Source: a virus (taxonomy: Duplodnaviria > Caudoviricetes). Taken from it: a stretch of 62,208 nt of DNA. The DNA lies in the IMG/VR virus record IMGVR_UViG_3300048778_000101, positions 1 to 62,208 of that record; one strand, 5' to 3'. Positions 8,904 to 17,073 of this stretch are shown here, one piece after another. The notes under the pieces are model-generated. The model made no database searches, was not told the DNA's origin, and saw only the letters and a program-made list of their open reading frames with translations. The position numbers were made by a program, and so were the translations under genes. Position 1 is the stretch's first letter; each line of letters starts with the position of its first letter.

Positions 8904-9428
8904 TTGTCTATGATTAGCTTGAATGAATTGCAACGAAAACTCTTCTATGAGGCTGAAACGGGTTGCTTCTATCGCATCAAGAGGGGTATTGTAGGGGACA
9001 TCGCTTGCACCCTGACCGAAGCCGGGCGTGGAAGATCACTTATCATAACCCTTAATGGGGGGAGTTCCCGTATCGCCGGAACTAAGGCGGCTTGGATGCT
9101 TAAGACTGGGAACTTTCTACCGGCTAACCAATTTGTCGCAACTGTGGATGGGGATCGTCGAAATCTGGCCTGGGCTAACTTGGAACTTAGGACTTACTCA
9201 GACGCCATGATTAAGGTCAGGGCGAAAAGTTCCAAACCTTCGGGCCGGGTTGGCGTGCATTGGAGCGCAACTAACTCCAAATGGGTTGCCACTTTCTCAT
9301 GTAACGGGAAAGAAGTTAGAAAGAAATTCCAAGCGGAGCAGTTAGCCGAAGCTATCTCCTTCCGGGATAGTCAAGAGGATGCGATTATGCTACATAAACT
9401 TGCTATGTCAGGGGCTTGGAATGGCTGA
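8904..9428 (+). CDS. HNH-AP2 homing-endonuclease-like protein with degenerate active site
   Basis: LFYEAETG N-terminus; VATVDGDRRNLAWANL in place of DHI.GD..DN...NL; AP2-like SGRVGVHW...KWVA. Confidence 0.75.
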   Translation: MSMISLNELQRKLFYEAETGCFYRIKRGIVGDIACTLTEAGRGRSLIITLNGGSSRIAGTKAAWMLKTGNFLPANQFVATVDGDRRNLAWANLELRTYSDAMIKVRAKSSKPSGRVGVHWSATNSKWVATFSCNGKEVRKKFQAEQLAEAISFRDSQEDAIMLHKLAMSGAWNG

Positions 9429-10290
9429 AACTGCGGAAATAGGGCTGAAACGCCTAGCCGGGATCAATGTACTGCTTATGGGACCGGCCGGAACTGGGAA
9501 AACCCACTCCATTGGAACTTTGGTCGATGCGGGAATTGAGACTTTCTATCTAGGACTTGAGTCTGGTCTGGAAAGTTTGTCTGGGTATTACACGGACGTG
9601 GGTAAGCCCATCCCAGCTAACTTGCACTGGCATATGCTGAGACAACCAACAGCAGGCTTTACCGAAATGCTTGCCAGTGCTAATCAAATCAGTGCCAACA
9701 CTCTCGAAGGGCTGGCGAAATATTCCGATCCTAACCGGCGGTCTTACAATGGCTTCATCAACCTTTTAACCGCTCTCTCCGATTTCCCTGACGACAGCTC
9801 CGGGCTTAAATTCGGGCCCGTTGACAAGTGGGGGCCTGATAGGGCACTTGTTATCGACGGGATGACCGGCATCGGCCAAGCGGCCATGTCTCTAGTTGTT
9901 GGGGGGAAACCAGTCAGAAACCAGGCTGACTGGCAGATTGCCCAAGATCAGGTCGAAAAAATTACCCGCAAACTCTGCGACAACTCCCCCTGCCATTTTA
10001 TCCTCTTGGCCCACGTTGAGCGTGAAGTGGATCAAATTCTAGGGGGAGTTAAGATCACAGTACAAACCCTCGGAAATAAGCTTGCGCCTAAACTACCGCC
10101 GATGTTCTCCGATGTTATCTTGGCCGTGCGCCAGGGTGATAGTTGGACCTGGGACACGGGCAGTTCTCAAGCCGACGTTAAAGCCCGTAATATGCCGTTC
10201 AAAACGGGGCAGCCACCTAGTTTTGCCCCGCTTATCAACCGCTGGCGCAAACGTAGTCTGATGTCAGCAACACCTACCGCCACCAACTGA
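9421..10290 (+). CDS. Sak4-like/AAA_24 P-loop ATPase (single-strand annealing)
   Basis: LLMGPAGTGKT, LVIDG, ILLAHVE, FSDV; next to SSB-like and nuclease genes. Confidence 0.8.
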   Translation: MAETAEIGLKRLAGINVLLMGPAGTGKTHSIGTLVDAGIETFYLGLESGLESLSGYYTDVGKPIPANLHWHMLRQPTAGFTEMLASANQISANTLEGLAKYSDPNRRSYNGFINLLTALSDFPDDSSGLKFGPVDKWGPDRALVIDGMTGIGQAAMSLVVGGKPVRNQADWQIAQDQVEKITRKLCDNSPCHFILLAHVEREVDQILGGVKITVQTLGNKLAPKLPPMFSDVILAVRQGDSWTWDTGSSQADVKARNMPFKTGQPPSFAPLINRWRKRSLMSATPTATN

Positions 10291-10300
10291 GGAAACTATC

Positions 10301-10753
10301 ATGAGTGAGTCTAGTGCGTTTGATCCCGAAGAGTTCCTTTCTGGCTCCATTGACGGAACCAATTCCACTGTCTATGTTCCGTGCCCCATTGGCGAGTACC
10401 AAGCTATCGTTGAGGGGCTTAAGCCTCGCCAATGGAGCAAGGATGGGTCTTCGGGCGTTTATCTGGACATCCAGTGGCGTATCGAAGACCCACAAGTTCT
10501 GGAGGCCCTGGGGCGCGACAAAGTTATCGTAACCCAATCATTTCCCCTGGAGTTTGATGCAAACTCTCGGGTGTCCACTCGGGCGGGGGCTAATGTCCCC
10601 CTTGGGCGGGTTCGTGAAGCGGTTAACCTCAATACCCCCGGCCAACTCTTTTCCATTACGCAGCTTATCGGGCAGTTCGCCAAGGTTCAGGTTAAGCATG
10701 ACATCTTCCGGGGAGAGCCCCAGGCCAAGGTGGCGTCCGTTTCTCGGCTCTAA
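10301..10753 (+). CDS. single-stranded DNA-binding protein-like (DUF669 type)
   Basis: VPCPIGEYQAIV...LIGQFAKVQVKH OB-fold pattern after the Sak4-like ATPase. Confidence 0.65.
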   Translation: MSESSAFDPEEFLSGSIDGTNSTVYVPCPIGEYQAIVEGLKPRQWSKDGSSGVYLDIQWRIEDPQVLEALGRDKVIVTQSFPLEFDANSRVSTRAGANVPLGRVREAVNLNTPGQLFSITQLIGQFAKVQVKHDIFRGEPQAKVASVSRL

Positions 10754-10793
10754 GTTCTAGGGTACGTAGAGATCCTAGCCAAAGTTAGCCATC

Positions 10794-10830
10794 GGGCGGC
10801 TGGTTTCCACAGGACTGGCCGCCCACTTTT
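10794..10830 (+). terminator. Rho-independent terminator
   Basis: GGGCGGCTGGT/ACTGGCCGCCC stem followed by ACTTTT. Confidence 0.65.
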
Positions 10831-10845
10831 ATACAGAGGCATGCC

Positions 10846-11172
10846 ATGAACAGACCTATCTTCGACGATCTAGTTACGGAATTCCTACGAGAAGCCGAAG
10901 CTGTCCGTAACCAAAAGGGGGCAGAATATGCCACCGACGCCGATGTCCTCGCCAACTTTAAACGCTGCGAACTTCTTACAGGATTGCCTGTAGACAAGGT
11001 TATTATCCTATTGCTGGCTAAGCATTTTGATGCAATTTCCACCATTGTCCGAGTGGGCAATCCCGTGCACCTAGACAGCAACAACTCCTTGCGCGGCCGT
11101 CTGATTGATTTGGTTAATTACAGCTTGTTTCTCCTGGCTGCCCATGAAGGGGGGCTTAAGGATGCGGACTAA
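10846..11172 (+). CDS. all-alpha nucleotide-modification-associated protein (DUF1599/Nmad-like, MazG-related)
   Basis: KGAEYA..DVLANF...KHFDAI...GRLIDLVNY. Confidence 0.6.
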   Translation: MNRPIFDDLVTEFLREAEAVRNQKGAEYATDADVLANFKRCELLTGLPVDKVIILLLAKHFDAISTIVRVGNPVHLDSNNSLRGRLIDLVNYSLFLLAAHEGGLKDAD

Positions 11173-13543
11173 AGGGATACTCCCGGCCCCAAATAAAATT
11201 ATGATTGTGGGGGATTTCCCCTCTTCAGAAGACATCCGAACTGGCAAAGCTTTCTCAGGCCCCTCTGGTACGGAGTTGAGCCGCCTGCTGACAGAGGCTA
11301 ATATAGATCCTGGGCGGTGTTTTTACACGCACGCGATTGATGAGCGACCTTCGCGTGGGGATTTGGATAACTTCATCGCCCCCACTATCAAAGCCCGTAC
11401 CCCGGAGCATGCGAACTTCAGGGGGAAGTACGTCCTTCCTGTGATAGTTCGCGGGGCCAAGGATCTTGCGGAACTAGTGGACCTTTGCCAACCCAATGCT
11501 ATAGTAGCTATGGGAGAACTGGCGCTTTGGATGCTGACCGGGCAGGATAGCATCATGTCCTGGCGGTGTAGCGAACTGCCGTCAATCCTGCCTACAAAAC
11601 TTTCCCGCGTTTTTAAGGTAATTCCCACCTTCTCCGTAGGCCAAGTTCTGAGCCAATGGTCCTGGCGCTCTATTCTATTGCACGATTTGCGCAAGGTTTC
11701 GCGCGAGGCTAGTTCCCCGGAGTTGTTTAAGACCCCATATAATTTCCAAATTCGCCCACATTTCGCTCAAGCCTCTACTACGCTGAGAATGCTTGAGGAC
11801 AAGGTAACTAGAGGCCCCTTCAAGCTTTCTGTAGATATTGAAACACGTTCGGGGCATATCGCTTGTATCGGCTTGGCTTGGTCTGACCTGGAAGCTATAT
11901 GTATCCCGTTCATGTGTGTAGAGAGCCCATCCGGCTACTGGACAGAGGCGCAGGAAGCTTATATTTGGTATGCCTTGAAGAAAGTGCTGTATCACACTAA
12001 TTGTGAAGTGATCGGACAGAACTTTTCTTATGATATTCAGTATTTCTACCGCTGGATGTGCTTCATGCCCCGGCTGGCTCGTGACACTATGATAGCTCAG
12101 CATTCCATGTTTTCCAATATTAAGAAGGATTTAGGTTTCCTATCGTCGATGTACCTGCCGCACCATGTCTACTGGAAAGATGAGGGCAAGCTTTGGAATG
12201 CTGACGCCTCCAAAGGATTAGGGGAAGAAGATGTTTGGTGGACTTATAACTGCAAGGATGCGGCAGTTACCTACGCCGTGGATACAGCCCAACAGGGTGC
12301 CGTGGACAAGATGGGTTTGCGCGAAGTTCATGACTTCCAGCAGAAATTGTTCTGGCCTGTCGTAGAGACAATGAACAGGGGTATTGAGATTAATATGGGA
12401 TTGCGCGGCCAGTTTGCCTTGGAATTGTCCGATGCTATTATGGAGCGCCAGAATACCCTGGAATATGTTCTCGGGCATACGGTCAATCCCAAGTCCCCCT
12501 TACAACTGCAAACCCTTTTCTATGGCGACTTGGCGCAGAAGCGGGTAATTAACCCGAAAACTGGAAAAGTGTCCTGTGATGAGGCCAGTCTAACTAAGGT
12601 AGCTGACAGGGAGCCTGCGCTTAAACCTTTGGTGGCTACCATACTAGAACTGCGAAGTTTGGGGGTATTTCTATCAACTTTTGTCAACGCTCCCCTAGAC
12701 ATTGACGGGCGTATGCGGTGCAGTTTTAACATCGCAGGTACTGAAACTTACAGATTTAGTTCCCGTGAAAATGCTTTTGGAAGCGGGATGAACCTTCAGA
12801 ATATTCCTAAAGGTGGCGAGGGTTCTGTAAATCTCCCTAATGTTAGGAAACTATTCATTCCAGGGTCTGGTAGAACTTTTTTTGACATCGATCTAAGTTC
12901 TGCGGACTTGCGCATTGTGGTCTGGGATAGCGATGAGCCCGAGATGAAAGCCATTTTCCGCGAAGACCTTGACCCTTACACAGAAGTCGCCAGGGAATTC
13001 TATAAAGACCCCAAGATAACTAAGAAAGATCCCCGCCGGCAGAATTTTAAGAAATTTTGTCATAGCACTAATTACCTAGGGACGCCGGAAGGGATCGCAG
13101 GGCAATTGGGCTGGACAGTGCATGAAACTGAAACTATGCAACGCTGGTACTTTCGCAGGTTCCCGAGGATTAAGAAATGGCAAGATGACTTCAAATTTCG
13201 CATAACTAGCACGAAGAAAATTTCTAATATTTTCGGGTATCAACTGCACATCTTCGATAGGATCGAAGGTAACGTTATGAATGAAGCTATTGCCTGGCTT
13301 CCCCAGTCTACAGTTGGATGTATTATCAACCGGGCCTACGTTAATATCTACGAAACCCTTAAGGAGGTGGAAATTCTTTTGCAGTGCCATGATTCTCTGG
13401 CGGGAACTTTCCCCGACTACTTGGGAGATTGGGCAGTGCGGGAGATTATCAAACGGTCCGAGATTATGCTGCCCTATGACGATCCGATGTTCATTCCGGT
13501 GGGCGTTGTGACAAGCAAAGTCAGTTGGGGGGATTGTAAATAG
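11162..13543 (+). CDS. polA: family A DNA polymerase with N-terminal UDG-like domain and 3'-5' exonuclease
   Basis: IMIVGDFP..FSGPSG (UDG family 4-like); VDIET, GQNFSYD, YNCKD (Exo I-III); DLSSADLR, RQNFKKFCHSTNYLG, QCHDSL (motifs A, B, C). Confidence 0.95.
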   Translation: MRTKGILPAPNKIMIVGDFPSSEDIRTGKAFSGPSGTELSRLLTEANIDPGRCFYTHAIDERPSRGDLDNFIAPTIKARTPEHANFRGKYVLPVIVRGAKDLAELVDLCQPNAIVAMGELALWMLTGQDSIMSWRCSELPSILPTKLSRVFKVIPTFSVGQVLSQWSWRSILLHDLRKVSREASSPELFKTPYNFQIRPHFAQASTTLRMLEDKVTRGPFKLSVDIETRSGHIACIGLAWSDLEAICIPFMCVESPSGYWTEAQEAYIWYALKKVLYHTNCEVIGQNFSYDIQYFYRWMCFMPRLARDTMIAQHSMFSNIKKDLGFLSSMYLPHHVYWKDEGKLWNADASKGLGEEDVWWTYNCKDAAVTYAVDTAQQGAVDKMGLREVHDFQQKLFWPVVETMNRGIEINMGLRGQFALELSDAIMERQNTLEYVLGHTVNPKSPLQLQTLFYGDLAQKRVINPKTGKVSCDEASLTKVADREPALKPLVATILELRSLGVFLSTFVNAPLDIDGRMRCSFNIAGTETYRFSSRENAFGSGMNLQNIPKGGEGSVNLPNVRKLFIPGSGRTFFDIDLSSADLRIVVWDSDEPEMKAIFREDLDPYTEVAREFYKDPKITKKDPRRQNFKKFCHSTNYLGTPEGIAGQLGWTVHETETMQRWYFRRFPRIKKWQDDFKFRITSTKKISNIFGYQLHIFDRIEGNVMNEAIAWLPQSTVGCIINRAYVNIYETLKEVEILLQCHDSLAGTFPDYLGDWAVREIIKRSEIMLPYDDPMFIPVGVVTSKVSWGDCK

Positions 13544-13587
13544 GGCCTACTTCTGAGAGAAAATAATGCAAAATTAGTTGATTTACC

Positions 13588-13616
13588 TTGACCCTTTAGC
13601 GGGGATATGTGATACT
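13588..13616 (+). promoter_or_regulatory. sigma70-like promoter
   Basis: TTGACC-17 bp-GATACT with TG extension. Confidence 0.5.
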
Positions 13617-13840
13617 CTTAATACAAACAGACAGCAGGGTGCGGAATGGAAGATTTTCAACGATGCCGACAAGTCTGCGGGGCATCCGAAATATGCCGGA
13701 GGGCCACAACTGGGGAAGATCCTTCACTGCCTTACTTTGAATTCCCCTTCCAGTGGCGTACACCGTTCTGTTTCTGGTGCCCTGGATTGTTGATTAAGGA
13801 TGGTGTGTGGGCGGACGAAGGCAACTCTGGGGCTAAGAAA

Positions 13841-14014
13841 ATGGCCAAAAACTCTGAAGTAACAATCTCCCAGGAACGCTATAAAGAATTGCTGTTGACC
13901 GAACGAAAGCTTATGGCTTTGGAAGACGGCGGGGTGGAAGATTGGGGCTGGTACGGAGAAACTATGAAAGAGTTCCGTGAAGATGAAGACAGAGACGCAG
14001 AGCAGGGGGCTTAA
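13841..14014 (+). CDS. small conserved phage protein (L.ALE.GGV..W.WY)
   Basis: VTISQERYKELL..KLMALEDGGVEDWGWY; probable start 13841 inside track ORF 13646. Confidence 0.65.
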   Translation: MAKNSEVTISQERYKELLLTERKLMALEDGGVEDWGWYGETMKEFREDEDRDAEQGA

Positions 14015-14224
14015 ATGACTTTCCAATGTACCTGCACTAAAAGTTACGCTATCATACTGGACCTACCTTCGCGTAACTATGAACTTACAATCACATATCA
14101 AATAGATAACGGAGGGGTAGTGCGGAAAATTACCTTCGAGGATAACGTTAACTCGCCTAAAAATCTTCTGCATTTGCTGAAAGATCTCGGAATTCCCCAC
14201 CCCCCCGCGCTAGGAGGCTTCTAA
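14015..14224 (+). CDS. hypothetical protein
   Basis: translationally coupled ORF. Confidence 0.5.
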   Translation: MTFQCTCTKSYAIILDLPSRNYELTITYQIDNGGVVRKITFEDNVNSPKNLLHLLKDLGIPHPPALGGF

Positions 14225-14584
14225 ATGACTAAACCAGTTGATTGGACTAAGCCTGTACAAACTGAGTCCGGGCTGCCTGTTTGGATTCTTTGCACCTATG
14301 CTATGGGGGCGTATCCCGTAATAGGTCTGGTTAAGCAGGATATAGAAGAGTGGCTTTGCTGGTGGCCAGTCTCAGGAGATGCCTGCCCAGCCAGCCGCAA
14401 CTATCGTCTTGTCAATGTTCCCACCAAACACGAAGGCTGGGTAATTCTGTATGCCACGGACGAAGCTAAGCGTGAAACATGCTCGCATGTTTACGAGACA
14501 CTGGAAGAGGCCCGGCAAGAGTTGAACTTTAACTCGTACCGGTCCTCTAATTACATAATTGCCAAGGTAACTTGGGAGGATTAA
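14225..14584 (+). CDS. hypothetical phage protein, paralogue of 1748-2104
   Basis: TKPVQTESGLPVWILCT..YPVIG...WED. Confidence 0.75.
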   Translation: MTKPVDWTKPVQTESGLPVWILCTYAMGAYPVIGLVKQDIEEWLCWWPVSGDACPASRNYRLVNVPTKHEGWVILYATDEAKRETCSHVYETLEEARQELNFNSYRSSNYIIAKVTWED

Positions 14585-14815
14585 ATGGAACTGGGAATTC
14601 TGGGAGGGCTTAGTCTGCCGAAATACTGCCATTCCTACAAAAGTTACTACGCTACCATAATCACCCCAGTTTGTGACAACGGTAGCGGCGCACAAAAGAA
14701 AAAGGCCCCTCCCCACCAGAAGTTTATCTATCGTGAGAATTCACGAAAAATGCGCCCCAGGGCTAGTTCCCAGTGAGGGTTGTGAAGAACACATGACCCA
14801 ATCGGAGTATAAAAT

Positions 14816-14971
14816 ATGACCCTAGAACAGTGGATCTCTAAAGAGCGTGCTCAACTCCAGGCTTTCGCCAAATATTGGAGAAAGGAACAAAAAGGTCCAG
14901 ACGGTGAATGGTTTCCAGAAGACCTGCCGCCCGATGACTGGGATGAGCAATATCGCTCATTTATAGGCTAA
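14816..14971 (+). CDS. small hypothetical protein (not in ORF track)
   Basis: GGAG RBS; MTLEQWISKERAQLQAFAKYWRKEQKGPDGEWFPEDLPPDDWDEQYRSFIG. Confidence 0.6.
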   Translation: MTLEQWISKERAQLQAFAKYWRKEQKGPDGEWFPEDLPPDDWDEQYRSFIG

Positions 14972-15011
14972 AGTGGGGGCTTCATGAAGTTCTTTGCGAC
15001 GAAATACTGCC

Positions 15012-15425
15012 TCAGTAAGGGGATACTTCCCAAGGAAGCGGGCACATCCGATAGTCCATAACAACTTCTTCCCCCGCTTCTATCTCACGCAATGTTCTAA
15101 CATCAACAACGCCAGCTTCCTGATCAACAAGGAAGCTGGCGTTTGGCGTTTCGGAATGGTTTATGAGACTGGCGAACCCGAGCGCAATTCCCACGGCCCC
15201 ATCATGCCGGTAAATTCTATTCTCCGATCCCGAAGTCTCCCAGGAAAACACATAAGCATCCAGCAGCCCACGGCGTGGGAACTTAACCCATTCCTCCGCA
15301 GGTATAACCAGCACAGGACATCTTTCCAGAATTATAAAAGCCGGTAAATGCCCCGAAGTGAAAACCCCACGACCTTTCCCCGGAACTTCTTGAATGGACA
15401 TCTTGCACCGGGAAGAGTAGATCAT
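15012..15425 (-). CDS. SET-domain protein-lysine methyltransferase
   Basis: GKGRGVF, ASLINHSETPNA, REIEAGEEVVMDY. Confidence 0.9.
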   Translation of the reverse strand: MIYSSRCKMSIQEVPGKGRGVFTSGHLPAFIILERCPVLVIPAEEWVKFPRRGLLDAYVFSWETSGSENRIYRHDGAVGIALGFASLINHSETPNASFLVDQEAGVVDVRTLREIEAGEEVVMDYRMCPLPWEVSPY

Positions 15426-15426
15426 T

Positions 15427-15951
15427 TCAAACCCCGTCCTTCAAAGGGTTAAGCGGGGCAAACGCCGAGCAGATTAGCAGAAGTTCCTCGGGGGTTATTA
15501 GCTGCCAAGGCTTAGCTAGTGGGCCTGCCACAAACGGATGCGAAGCTTGCGTCAGGGCACCAGCTGCCAAGCCTGAACAGATAAAATGCCCGGCAGTGTG
15601 GAGATCCCTGTTCAAAGCAATTCCCACAATTGCATTCGTATCATAGGGCTTGCCTACTTGGTCAAGTGCCCACATATAAGTAGCGTATTCGCACTCCTGG
15701 GTAGTTGGGAGACTTACCCTAACTCTATTAACCATCCCGCTAGCTGCCCCGTAACCGGACCAGCGTATTTGAACACCGGCAGGCTTGCCCCCTAATCCAG
15801 CTTCGTGCTGCGCTCCGAGTAGATCACCTCGATTAGCATCCCATTCAGGCAGCACAAAATCCACATGCCCCACCGAGCCGTGAGTTCCCCAGTCAATAAC
15901 TTCCCCCATAAGGGAATTAAAGGAACAGAACTGCAAAGTTATCGCGGACAT
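15427..15951 (-). CDS. permuted papain-like NlpC/P60 (YiiX/YebB-type) hydrolase
   Basis: GHVDFV...QVGKPYD...FICSGL...ITPEEL; His precedes Cys. Confidence 0.8.
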   Translation of the reverse strand: MSAITLQFCSFNSLMGEVIDWGTHGSVGHVDFVLPEWDANRGDLLGAQHEAGLGGKPAGVQIRWSGYGAASGMVNRVRVSLPTTQECEYATYMWALDQVGKPYDTNAIVGIALNRDLHTAGHFICSGLAAGALTQASHPFVAGPLAKPWQLITPEELLLICSAFAPLNPLKDGV

Positions 15952-15958
15952 GTCTCAC

Positions 15959-16261
15959 CTAGGGCTGTTTAAGGGGGGTTCCGGGGATAGCGGCAATTCC
16001 GGTCGCGGGGGCCGTGCAAATGATATGCCCCAAGGCGTCAATGGCCACAACAATCGAAGCGGCTGGCGCATCTATCACCTGGATAATGGGGGCGGCGATC
16101 TCCCCGGTGACGTCTACAGCGCACCCCGTTTGTCGCAGAGCCTGCTCGGCTACCGATAGATCGGCCTGAAGCGTCGGGCCGGCGCACCCCGTTGCAAGAA
16201 GAAGCAGCCCACACCAAGCATTACACCGCACTAGTGCCACCAGCGAGTTCGGACGCAACAT
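15959..16261 (-). CDS. lipoprotein, possible outer spanin
   Basis: hydrophobic stretch plus lipobox LLLLATGC; lysis-cassette position. Confidence 0.55.
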   Translation of the reverse strand: MLRPNSLVALVRCNAWCGLLLLATGCAGPTLQADLSVAEQALRQTGCAVDVTGEIAAPIIQVIDAPAASIVVAIDALGHIICTAPATGIAAIPGTPLKQP

Positions 16262-16466
16262 AGTCCAACAACGTCCGTTCGGCTACGGGGATAGCGGCCA
16301 GTGACTTAGCCGCCGACAGGTGCAAATCACGCTCGACAGTCAATTTGGCAATCAAGCCCTGCTGGGAAGTTACAGTTGCCGTCAACTGCTCCGTGGTGGC
16401 AGTAATTTGCGAGGACAGCGCGTCAGCTTTAGTCTGCGCACCCTGGAGCAAAGCAGTGATATTCAT
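16221..16466 (-). CDS. small coiled-coil protein (lysis region)
   Basis: GGAGG RBS; heptad pattern. Confidence 0.55.
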   Translation of the reverse strand: MNITALLQGAQTKADALSSQITATTEQLTATVTSQQGLIAKLTVERDLHLSAAKSLAAIPVAERTLLDYVASELAGGTSAV

Positions 16467-16723
16467 TTTATGCCTCCTGTAGTTTGGGTAGGGTTTTCCG
16501 GGAGTTTCCTTGCCTGCAAATTAACTAGCACATGGGAAATCATCCCCCCGAGGAGGACTATAAGTCCGGCAAAGTTAAGTGCTTCCTCGTCTGTAAGGGG
16601 CTGCAAAGGCCAGTGGGTTAGATAGACCATAGAACTCGCCAGGAGTGACGTAATAGTTCCGCCCCCGGCCACTAGCAGGGAAGGGGATGTCGGATTAACT
16701 GCCACCTTAATGCCCCCCACCAA
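16463..16723 (-). CDS. putative holin (two TM helices)
   Basis: LLVAGGGTITSLLASSMVYL and LNFAGLIVLLGGMISHVLV. Confidence 0.6.
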   Translation of the reverse strand: MVGGIKVAVNPTSPSLLVAGGGTITSLLASSMVYLTHWPLQPLTDEEALNFAGLIVLLGGMISHVLVNLQARKLPENPTQTTGGIK

Positions 16724-17069
16724 AAAGCCACTTAATCAATCCATGCAGGCCAGCGCCAATTCCAGTTGCCCCCACAGAAGCGGCTCCCAGCACAAACAAG
16801 CCTCGATCTTTCCAATGCTCCAAAGAGTCTACTTTCTTGGTAAGCTCTTTGATAGCTTGGATCTGCACCTCTTCGATAGCGATGTGGGTCTCCAACGAAA
16901 CTTTAAGTTCCGTCAAAGCGCCCTGCACAGTTTCTAGGAGTAAAAATAGCTTTTCCATCCCTTTAGACTGCTCATCATTGCTGGCTTCCAATTTACCGAG
17001 CGTTTTCCACACATCGTAGTCTACCATTCTGCGGGTGGGGGACTGCTCGGAAACTTCTGGCATGATCAA
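16707..17069 (-). CDS. coiled-coil protein with C-terminal TM (XhlA/holin-like)
   Basis: coiled coil followed by GLFVLGAASVGATGIGAGLHGLIKWLF. Confidence 0.6.
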   Translation of the reverse strand: MIMPEVSEQSPTRRMVDYDVWKTLGKLEASNDEQSKGMEKLFLLLETVQGALTELKVSLETHIAIEEVQIQAIKELTKKVDSLEHWKDRGLFVLGAASVGATGIGAGLHGLIKWLFGGGH

Positions 17070-17073
17070 TTAC

